A DNA stretch of 33,346 nucleotides, taken from Candidatus Sigynarchaeum calidifontis. GTDB lineage: Archaea > Asgardarchaeota > Lokiarchaeia > Sigyniarchaeales > Sigyniarchaeaceae. The notes below the pieces were generated by a model. That model had not been told where the DNA came from and did not search any database. It was given only the letters and a program-made list of their open reading frames with translations. Made by a program: the position numbers and the translations under genes. This document shows, piece by piece, positions 25,946-33,346 of this stretch. The first letter of the stretch is position 1. Every line of letters starts with the position of its first letter. Where the stretch lies: positions 1 to 33,346 of the forward strand of contig JAUQYZ020000218.1 of the NCBI GenBank assembly GCA_030587475.2, read 5' to 3'.

Positions 25946-26722
25946 TCACTTCTTTTTTATGGATATCTCCAGCCCTTGTTCATCGATACCGATCGTTGCA
26001 GTTTTCTCGAAATATTCCTCGTTTGCAGTGAAATCCAGGTATACACCAGCGTCCTTCTTGAACGATTCCTGGTACGCGTTGTGCACGATGGCAAGACCGC
26101 CCGGCTTCAGTTTCGGGTATGCTTTTTTCAAGAACGTGTAGTTGATGCGCTTGTTATTCTCGCCCGTTTCGGGATCCTTTCCGTTCGCGTCCATGTACAC
26201 GAGGTCGAGTTCGGCGCTCTTGAAGCGCTCGATTGTCTCGAAGCCATCCTCGACACGTACAACCAGCGGGGCATCGCCCTTGATCTCGTTGAAGTTGTCG
26301 GTACAGATGCGACCGTTGTTCTGGTCGATCTCCACGGCTTCGAGGCGGGTTGCCTTGTAGATCTTTTGGATGGCAGGACCGAATGACCAAGCGATCGGGT
26401 TGCCGGTGAAGATGCCGAACCCGATCGCGGTCTTCGGTCTCGTGATGTAGCTCAAGGCATAGAGGAGCCGCTCGACCGGCGGATTGATGGCAGTCCAGAA
26501 GATGAAGAAGTTCTCGTGGACGAGCTTCCTGTATTGGTCGAACGCGGCGAGATCATACTTGGTGGTGTTGATGAACCCGTACTTCACGAGTTCGCTAAGA
26601 ACCGTGTCGACACGCTTCATTTCTTGCTCGGGTGGCTCGTTAATGATCTTTCGCTGTCCTTTCCGCTCCTCGTGGTAGTAGTAGGTCTCGTCCCATTCCG
26701 GCCTGGTAATCAAGTACCTCAT
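25946..26722 (-). CDS. Class I SAM-dependent methyltransferase (O-methyltransferase-like)
   Basis: GFGIFTG (motif I variant), AVEID, EDGF, LDLVYMDA and LKPGGLAIVHN. ATG at 26722 avoids overlap with the upstream gene. Confidence 0.75.
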   Translation of the reverse strand: MRYLITRPEWDETYYYHEERKGQRKIINEPPEQEMKRVDTVLSELVKYGFINTTKYDLAAFDQYRKLVHENFFIFWTAINPPVERLLYALSYITRPKTAIGFGIFTGNPIAWSFGPAIQKIYKATRLEAVEIDQNNGRICTDNFNEIKGDAPLVVRVEDGFETIERFKSAELDLVYMDANGKDPETGENNKRINYTFLKKAYPKLKPGGLAIVHNAYQESFKKDAGVYLDFTANEEYFEKTATIGIDEQGLEISIKKK

Positions 26723-26798
26723 GAAAAAAGAAAGAAGGGGAACCATAAAATGATATAGGAGGAATGAAGTGCACGGCCGTGCATCCTTCGGGGATTCG

Positions 26799-27248
26799 TC
26801 ACTTGCGAGTTTGAAGGATCCAGGACACGAGCCCGAGCCCGCCGGATGCAAAGGATGCGATCACGCCGAGAGGGTAGATTCCCCTCCATAGGAATATCGG
26901 CTCGTCTATATCTGCCCCGAAACCGAATATCAAGAAGACCCCGCACCCTGCAAGCATGATTATCCAGCCGAGCATGGTAAACAAGGCCATGTTCAACTTC
27001 GGAACCAATGACAAGAAGAACATTGCGGTACCCGCCGCGATCATGATCGCGGCGACGATGGTGAGGGAGGCCATGGCAAGAGCATCTGGTTTCACTTCTT
27101 CGAGGATGTTGAAGACCTTACCCTCTTCTACTAGGCTACCAAACATCCAATAGACGAAGCCATAGTAGGAAGAACCGATGGCAGGCATAGCCAAGGAAGC
27201 AGCGCCCGAGATACCGGCGATCAAGTTGAACAACTTGTTGTTTTCCAT
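26799..27248 (-). CDS. Small four-TM membrane protein
   Basis: Four hydrophobic segments, with a larger loop containing YWMFG after TM1. Confidence 0.75.
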   Translation of the reverse strand: MENNKLFNLIAGISGAASLAMPAIGSSYYGFVYWMFGSLVEEGKVFNILEEVKPDALAMASLTIVAAIMIAAGTAMFFLSLVPKLNMALFTMLGWIIMLAGCGVFLIFGFGADIDEPIFLWRGIYPLGVIASFASGGLGLVSWILQTRK

Positions 27249-27699
27249 TAGAAACACACGTGTTTTTTTTTTTCCGATTTGATGGTAACAAAAAATGAAG
27301 TGTTCGCGGTGGAAGTCAAGCCAACGCTCCTTGATTACACGTGGTCCATATCAAATAAACTTCATTAGTGCCAGAGAGAAGCCAGCGCCTTCGAGCTGCC
27401 GCCGTGGCTAAGCGTGTTCAATCTCGTGCATTCGATCCTTGTAAATGTTCGATCGTGATCATGATCTCGGGCTGGCATCGTGCTTTTCTGAATATCGCCA
27501 GGCGGAATCGAAGGTGTCATTCACCATGCACTTCACGCCGACTTCTCGGCGAGCATCGTGGCACTGTTCAAGTGGAACCGTAGCAGTGTCGTGTACACTT
27601 GGCTCTCATATCTAGACAAGCCGAGCTTGAGCAATTGGTCCTGGCGTGCCAACACGAGACCCTCGCGGGAATGCGGGATAATCAATATGACGTAACCGG

Positions 27700-27725
27700 G
27701 CCGGGTTACATTAACCTAACCCGGC
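27700..27725 (-). terminator. Perfect 9-bp-stem hairpin directly after the GyrI-like gene stop
   Basis: GCCGGGTTA-CATTAACC-TAACCCGGC abutting the TGA at 27726-27728. Confidence 0.45.
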
Positions 27726-28346
27726 TCAGTCGAATGGCTGCCGCAAGACCATCTTGAGCTTCTCGGGGGCGACCTTCCGCCCGTCGCCGATGTAGATCTC
27801 GTGGTGCTTGCCGCGCTCCGCGTGCCCGTTGTCCAGGATCCACTGGTGCATCTTTATGATGAGCGGTGCCTCCGCGTCGTATGGCCCGATGTGAAGTGCC
27901 TGGACGCATTTACCCTCCGCGAGATGCTCCACCCGCACCTTGTCGATGGACGCGGGGTGTTTCTTCCGCTTTACCTCCTCGATTGCCTTGGCGATGTCCT
28001 CGTCGGGCACGTAGTCGGGCACGCGAACCATCATGGTCCACTTCCATTCCGACTTGGGGGCCGCGCTGAACTTGCTCATGTCGTCTATGTACCAGAGTCC
28101 CTTGAGGGGAGGGACGACGTAATCCTTCGCAGGATGCTTTTTCTTGAACGGCATCTTCACGCCATACGACACCGCGTACAGCGTCTCGATCGCGTCCTTG
28201 TATTCTTGTGCGGTGTTCGGGTCGCCCTTGCCGTCGACCATGAGGAATTTCATGTCAGGCACGTTGACCTCGGTTATCACGCCCGCCTTCCCGCCGTAAA
28301 AAATGGGCTGTTCCTTCCTGAAATCAAGCTTTTTCGTCGAGCTCAT
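27726..28346 (-). CDS. GyrI-like small-molecule-binding domain protein
   Basis: FLMVDGKGDPN, LYAVSY, VVPPLKGLW, WKWTMM, EGKCVQALHIGPYDAE and GKHHEIY. Confidence 0.88.
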   Translation of the reverse strand: MSSTKKLDFRKEQPIFYGGKAGVITEVNVPDMKFLMVDGKGDPNTAQEYKDAIETLYAVSYGVKMPFKKKHPAKDYVVPPLKGLWYIDDMSKFSAAPKSEWKWTMMVRVPDYVPDEDIAKAIEEVKRKKHPASIDKVRVEHLAEGKCVQALHIGPYDAEAPLIIKMHQWILDNGHAERGKHHEIYIGDGRKVAPEKLKMVLRQPFD

Positions 28347-28425
28347 GGCTAATCAATACGTTCTTGAGCGCTCGTGCCTTTGAACGATGTGTCATCGAGC
28401 CCGGCGACAAGGAGCGTGGCAAGCA

Positions 28426-29559
28426 ATGAACAAGCGGGAACGCGTGTTGAAAGCCCTGGCGCACGAGGAGCCCGACATGATCCCCGTTTTCAGCCTGGGA
28501 TTCGAGCAATCATGCACCGCTTATGCAGCATTCTTGAAGAGCCCCGAGCGGAATGTCGCTTCGCTGGACCTCCCCAGCATAGGTGATATCACGGAGCCCC
28601 GGTTCTGGAACGCGGACTTGTGGGCGATGCACCCGTGGAAGGAATTCACGACCGAATATTACCCGCCCCCCGCGGAGTTCGAGGATGGGCACGTGCTGCA
28701 TTTCACGGGCCGCGTGTACCGGGCCGAGATGACGGGCTCCCGCTCGGGCGTGCCGTTTCGCTGGTACCGCGCGGGTGCCTTCACGTCACCGGACATCGTC
28801 CACGCGTATTGGGATCGATATGGGAAGCCCGTGGATCTCATCGACGACTCGCAAGATTATTCGCCGCGAGTCTGGCAAAAGTACGTCGATGCATTGGCAC
28901 CGCACGTGTTTCCCATGGCCTGGCTCACGCTCTCGATCCACGAGGGTCTCTTTGAGGGTATGACCCTGCCGCGCCTGGCATATTTCATGCGGAAAAAGCC
29001 TGCATTCGTCCACGAGGTCGCCGACTCGTTCCTCGACGCGAACATCGAGCTTGCCAAGCGATTCGGCGAGGCCGGCGTCGAGGTGGTCTTTTATTCGGAC
29101 GATTTCGCCCAGAAAGGGCGATCAATCCTGTCACGTGCCGATTTCGAGACCTTTATCCTACCGAGATACAAGAAGCTCTACAACGCGTGCAAGAAGCGCG
29201 GCATGCAGGTTATCCAGCACTCTTGCGGCCAGGTGGGCGAATACCTGCCCTTGCTCGTTGACGCCGGGCTCGCCGGGATCCAGGCGCTGGAGCAAGAAGC
29301 GGGGGTCGATCTCGCCGAGATCAAGGAGAATCTCGGCGACCGCGTGACGCTCGTGGGCGGTATGGACTCGTCGCGGGTGCTCAGTTTCGGCACGCCTGCT
29401 GACGTGGAAGACGACGTGAAAAGATGCATCGCGACAGCTGCGCGGGGCGGTGGGTACATCGCAGGCCCGAGCCACACGCTGCTCGACGTGCCATGGTCGA
29501 ACGTGCTTGCCTTGCGGGAGGCAATCGAAAAACACCGGCGATATCCTCTTTCAATGTAA
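28426..29559 (+). CDS. Uroporphyrinogen decarboxylase / MtaA-like family protein
   Basis: MNKRERVLKAL.HEEPDMIP, YSDDFA, QHSCG, LVGGMD, GTPADVEDDV and GGGYIAGPSH. Confidence 0.88.
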   Translation: MNKRERVLKALAHEEPDMIPVFSLGFEQSCTAYAAFLKSPERNVASLDLPSIGDITEPRFWNADLWAMHPWKEFTTEYYPPPAEFEDGHVLHFTGRVYRAEMTGSRSGVPFRWYRAGAFTSPDIVHAYWDRYGKPVDLIDDSQDYSPRVWQKYVDALAPHVFPMAWLTLSIHEGLFEGMTLPRLAYFMRKKPAFVHEVADSFLDANIELAKRFGEAGVEVVFYSDDFAQKGRSILSRADFETFILPRYKKLYNACKKRGMQVIQHSCGQVGEYLPLLVDAGLAGIQALEQEAGVDLAEIKENLGDRVTLVGGMDSSRVLSFGTPADVEDDVKRCIATAARGGGYIAGPSHTLLDVPWSNVLALREAIEKHRRYPLSM

Positions 29560-29867
29560 TCGAAATGTGGCCTCGAATGTTCTCCATCATGCCCATGGGT
29601 TAAGGCGCTAATACGGGTATTGCGATTTCGTACGGATTAAGTCAATTGATCCAAGAAATTGATTAGATTCTTGGTGCGCATCGTGGCTGACAAAATTGCC
29701 GCGCTCGGCGGTTTCATCCCGCCATTCATTGCTCTGGACATCCGGTTTCGACGAATGTCGCACGAGGGCGTAAAGCAACCGACAAAATCATGCTAGTAAA
29801 ATCCTTGGATCAAATCACTTAATATATTCGCGATTTCTTTATAGGTAACGAATCGAAAATTCATATT

Positions 29868-30332
29868 ATGGGAAAACCAGGGAAGCACAAACGAGCCGGC
29901 TGGTCTGCACCCGCGTGGAACGATTTCAAAGGTAAAGTCTGGGACGCCGGCGATTCCGATGATGCACGGGCCCTGGTGGACGAATGGGTTGAAAGGGCTC
30001 TAGGAGTGCTTCAAAACATGTGGTTCGCGACGTCGCGACCGAAAGTTGAACAGGGCCCTATATCGAAAGATGCTTTCGTGAAAGACGTTGACTTTATCGG
30101 TGAAATTCTCGCCGGCCATTTAAACAAGCCACCCAATGCGTGTAAAGGCCTTTTTATCATCTGTGTCGCGTCACAATTGGGTGACGATGCCATGTACCTC
30201 ATGAAAAAAGAAGACTTACCCGCGGTCATCAACGGCAGCTTGAAAGAACGCTTGATCGCGTTGAATATCCGGAACGTTAACAAGATAATCCAAGATATAC
30301 TGACCAAGCTCGCAACCCGCGATTCGATTTAA
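29868..30332 (+). CDS. Hypothetical protein (154 aa, predicted helical)
   Basis: Clean ORF with an AT-rich promoter-like region upstream (TTAATATA, TTTATA), convergent with mutY. Confidence 0.65.
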   Translation: MGKPGKHKRAGWSAPAWNDFKGKVWDAGDSDDARALVDEWVERALGVLQNMWFATSRPKVEQGPISKDAFVKDVDFIGEILAGHLNKPPNACKGLFIICVASQLGDDAMYLMKKEDLPAVINGSLKERLIALNIRNVNKIIQDILTKLATRDSI

Positions 30333-30345
30333 CTTGACTCGCCCC

Positions 30346-31236
30346 CTATCTTTTGATGATAAAACGGGGGCCCTCTCTTGCAATGAAACCCTCTTTTTCC
30401 AGCAAGGCGAGCAGACGGGAAACGCGAGCTTCCGCCTCGGCGACATCCTTGGCGATTTCAACGAGATTTTTTGGCGAATCGAGCACAGACCGCAAAATTT
30501 TTCCCCGCACCTCGCGATCGGAACCCTTGAACCTCGTGCTATTCTTATTTTTCGCGTCGAGCTTGATCGAATTATTGCCCGCTTTTTTCAGCAGCACCCC
30601 GTAGTCCATCAAGGCATAATACCATTCGCGCGGGTTCATCTTGTCCAATGTCTTGGCCACGATGTCAAGGATAGCATCATCTTTGATCGAAGGATTGCCA
30701 TCGAAGAAAAAATGCAAGAAAACCGTTCGGATGTTTGTCTCGATAAATGGAATGGCCGTGTTGAACGCAAATGTGGCGATCGAGGCCGCGGTGTTCGGGC
30801 CGATGGAAGGGAATTTGTCGAGCTCTTCGACCGATGACGGGAGCTTGCCCCCGTAGGTCGAAATGATTACTTCCGCGATGCGTTTTAGGGCGAGAGCGCG
30901 GCGGTTGTACCCGAGCCCGACCCACGCCTTGAGAACCGCTTCATTCGATGCTGCTGCCAGGGCATTGAAGTCTGGAAACGCCTTGACGAACGCCAGGTAC
31001 TTTTCCACGACGCGATCGGCCTGGGTCTGCTGGAGCATGACCTCGGAGACGAGTACCTTGTAAGGATCCCCGTAGTGTGCTGGCTCCCTGAACGGGAACT
31101 TGCGGCCTCGGGTCGCATAATGCTGCTTGATGATGTCTTGAAAGGCTGCGATGACATCGGGTGTCAAGCCACGAGCCTTGTACCGTGCCCTGAACCGCGC
31201 GACCTCATCCGGGAACAGCTGCTGTTGTGGGGGCAT
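30346..31236 (-). CDS. mutY: A/G-specific adenine glycosylase (HhH-GPD), Fe-S-less MutY variant
   Basis: DPYKVLVSEVMLQQTQ, WVGLGYNRRA, HhH FPSIGPNTA, IETNIR, ALMDYG and FKGSDREVRG. No Cys cluster. Confidence 0.85.
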   Translation of the reverse strand: MPPQQQLFPDEVARFRARYKARGLTPDVIAAFQDIIKQHYATRGRKFPFREPAHYGDPYKVLVSEVMLQQTQADRVVEKYLAFVKAFPDFNALAAASNEAVLKAWVGLGYNRRALALKRIAEVIISTYGGKLPSSVEELDKFPSIGPNTAASIATFAFNTAIPFIETNIRTVFLHFFFDGNPSIKDDAILDIVAKTLDKMNPREWYYALMDYGVLLKKAGNNSIKLDAKNKNSTRFKGSDREVRGKILRSVLDSPKNLVEIAKDVAEAEARVSRLLALLEKEGFIAREGPRFIIKR

Positions 31237-31306
31237 CGGGTTTTTCCAATAACTGGCACGTTTTTAGACTTGGCCGAATGGTGGATTATCGCCGAGGTGC
31301 AAGAAC

Positions 31307-32014
31307 ATGATCATCGCCACGAGGGTAATTCCTGCATCGTTCATCGATCGGCCGAACAAGTACCTCGTCCGTGCACAGCTGGATGGCGGACAAGAGATCG
31401 AGGCGCACCTCGCGGACCCCGGCCGGTTGAAAGAGCTTCTTTTTCCTGGTGTACGCGGTTGGGTCGTCCAAGCAAGAGGTCCGAAGCGAAAAACCTCTTA
31501 TGACTTCATCGCCGTCGACCATGGTGGCAACATCGTGAGCGTCGACACCCGGGTGCCAAATAAATACGTGAAAGATTTGCTCGATCGCAAGTACTTGTTT
31601 CCATTCGCGTTCGACACGATATTGCCCGAATTCAGGTTCGGGGAAAATAGCCGGATAGATTTCATAGCGACGCGCAGGACCATGAAATATCTCATCGAGG
31701 TGAAGAGCGTCACTCTGGTGGAGGATGGCGTCGCCTTGTTTCCCGACGCGCCGACTGCCCGGGGTACCAAGCACCTTCACGAGCTCGTTGAATCGAGAAA
31801 AAAGGGATACATCCCCGTCATCGTGCTCGTGATCCAGCGCGGCGATGCCAATTCTTTTAAACCGCACGCGCGGATGGATCCAGCATTTGCCAAGGCCTTC
31901 GAAAGGGCGAGGGAACACGGCGTGGACATCAAGGCGTTCACGAGTAACACCCGCTTCGATGACGACGGCGCGTTGCGTATCGAGCCGCTGCGTTTCGTGC
32001 CTGTCGATACTTGA
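31307..32014 (+). CDS. sfsA: DNA/RNA nuclease SfsA
   Basis: FIDRPNKY, AHLADPGRLKELL, RKTSYD, SRIDF, IEVKSVTL and FPDAPTARGTKHLHEL. Confidence 0.93.
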   Translation: MIIATRVIPASFIDRPNKYLVRAQLDGGQEIEAHLADPGRLKELLFPGVRGWVVQARGPKRKTSYDFIAVDHGGNIVSVDTRVPNKYVKDLLDRKYLFPFAFDTILPEFRFGENSRIDFIATRRTMKYLIEVKSVTLVEDGVALFPDAPTARGTKHLHELVESRKKGYIPVIVLVIQRGDANSFKPHARMDPAFAKAFERAREHGVDIKAFTSNTRFDDDGALRIEPLRFVPVDT

Positions 32015-32047
32015 ATCTTTTTATTGTGTTGTGTCCAAGAGGGATGC

Positions 32048-33184
32048 ATGCTCAGTTTTCGTGAACGAATCCTCAAGACCTTCGCTGGCGAGCGAGTTGA
32101 AAGCGTGGTCTGGCAGCCACGTATCCGGTTCTGGTACACGGGCAATAACGTCCAAATCCCTTTGGCGCGGCAAGAAAAATCCTTTATCCGGCCAGATCCC
32201 ACGATCCCGGCCGATTTCTTCGGCATGGACATGCTTGAAGTGCACGACGCGCTCGGCGCATCGATCCGGTATTGTGCCGAGACTCTTGGTATCGGTCTTT
32301 TCGCGGTGGCAATGAAAAGCGGGACTACCGTGAAATCAAGCGGGCATGCAGACGATGATGGGACGCTGGTCACGGTCTTGAAAACTCCCGTTGGCAGCCT
32401 TACCGAAAAACACAAGGGTGGATACCCAGTCGAGCATCTCGTCAAGAACGTCGAGGACCTCGAGATTATGAAATATATCATCGGCGAGCAAGAGTTCACC
32501 TTCAACCCGCACGGTTTTCAACTGGTCGAGGAAGTGCTCGAAGGGCGCGGCATTGCCCAAGCCTATTACAAGCGGTCGCCTTTCATGAGTTGCGTGCTGA
32601 ACTATCTCGGGTTCGAGACGACTGTCTTGTTCTTGAAGCGTTACAGGCAAAAGACAGAGGAATTCATGCGGTTCATCGGTGAATGGGAGGACAAGATGTA
32701 CGACATCCTCGTCGATTGCCCCGTGAAGATACTTAACTTTGGTGAAAACATCGACGCGAACCTGGTCCCCCCTCGATATTTCAAGGAATATTGCATCCCG
32801 TATTACAACCGCCGGATCAAGCAGCTGCACGACGCGGGAAAGTACTGTCACATTCACATGGACGGGTCGCTCAAGGACTTGCTTCCCCTCGTGAAGGACA
32901 CGCATTTCGACGGCGTCGAGGCTGCCACGCCGTTGCCGCAAGGCGACGTGACCATCGAGGAGATCAAGGAAGGCCTCGGCGACAAGGTGTTGCTCGATGG
33001 TATCCCGGCCACGCTTTTCATGAAGGAGTTCCCCGAGAGCCGGCTAGAGGACACGACTCGGCGCCTCATCGAGCTGTTCGGCAGCCGGCTAATCCTCGGC
33101 GTGAGCGACGAGCTCCCACCGAACGGCCAAATCGGTCGATTCAAGATCGTTTCCAAGGTGGTCGAAGAGATGAAACCACGCTAA
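32048..33184 (+). CDS. Uroporphyrinogen decarboxylase family protein
   Basis: RERILKTF, TPVGSL, NFGEN, HIHMDG, TPLPQGD, LLDGIP and LILGVSDELPP. Confidence 0.85.
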   Translation: MLSFRERILKTFAGERVESVVWQPRIRFWYTGNNVQIPLARQEKSFIRPDPTIPADFFGMDMLEVHDALGASIRYCAETLGIGLFAVAMKSGTTVKSSGHADDDGTLVTVLKTPVGSLTEKHKGGYPVEHLVKNVEDLEIMKYIIGEQEFTFNPHGFQLVEEVLEGRGIAQAYYKRSPFMSCVLNYLGFETTVLFLKRYRQKTEEFMRFIGEWEDKMYDILVDCPVKILNFGENIDANLVPPRYFKEYCIPYYNRRIKQLHDAGKYCHIHMDGSLKDLLPLVKDTHFDGVEAATPLPQGDVTIEEIKEGLGDKVLLDGIPATLFMKEFPESRLEDTTRRLIELFGSRLILGVSDELPPNGQIGRFKIVSKVVEEMKPR

Positions 33185-33212
33185 AGAGAAGACGAGAAGA
33201 GAAATTCTCTCA

Positions 33213-33346
33213 TCAAAACTTGAGCGCTCCGCTCGTGATCATCTGGATGATGTTCATTATCTTTCCAGATTTCACGAGATATTGCCCGATCGGGAAAATG
33301 AAATCGATGGCCTGGAACGCGCGCCTGATATAGCCCGCCATTTCAA
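33213..33346 (-). CDS. C-terminal fragment of an unidentified protein (gene continues beyond the window)
   Basis: The minus-strand frame reads EMAGYIRRAFQAIDFIFPIGQYLVKSGKIMNIIQMITSGALKF, followed by tandem TGA TGA. It is convergent with the URO-D gene. Confidence 0.5.
   Translation of the reverse strand, partial: EMAGYIRRAFQAIDFIFPIGQYLVKSGKIMNIIQMITSGALKF

Noticed and set aside
32791-33333. 180-aa + strand ORF overlapping the URO-D 3' end
   Set aside because: Arg-rich alternative-frame artefact.
1-33346. tRNA, rRNA, SRP/RNase P RNA, CRISPR array, integrase or transposase
   Set aside because: None recognised by eye; tRNAscan-SE and Infernal would be needed to exclude small RNAs formally.

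Overview
A 33.3-kb gene-dense chromosomal segment, most likely from an Asgard archaeon of the Lokiarchaeia/Sigynarchaeota type. This assignment is an inference from a two-domain gelsolin, a Loki-CTERM/PGF-CTERM-like 'VPGY'+TM+basic tail, two URO-D-family paralogues, many CxxC zinc-finger proteins, T-tract terminators and AGGTGA-type RBSs. About 33 CDS were called; no rRNA, tRNA, CRISPR array or transposase was recognised. Left to right: pdaD (partial) and deoxyhypusine synthase; a LarA-family protein; a GGR-like flavoprotein; small Zn-ribbon, TPR and membrane-anchored C4C4 RING-like proteins; a CTERM-anchored secreted protein; an MFS transporter; a eukaryote-type ornithine decarboxylase. Next is a tightly packed + strand run of polysaccharide deacetylase-like gene, DegT aminotransferase and two DNA amino-methyltransferases (neither with a visible restriction nuclease), followed by a coiled-coil-NYN ribonuclease. 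The right half holds an M28 peptidase, gelsolin, a xylose-isomerase-like enzyme, Hsp20-glutaredoxin-FTR, a SAM methyltransferase, a 4-TM protein, a GyrI-like protein, two URO-D proteins, an Fe-S-less MutY and SfsA. The best candidate for an undescribed system is the dual-MTase plus coiled-coil-NYN module (15076-20805), possibly extended by the upstream deacetylase/aminotransferase. The TM-PH-ProRich-RING protein (6596-8032) is the most striking eukaryote-like architecture. All family calls come from motif recognition, not from database searches.
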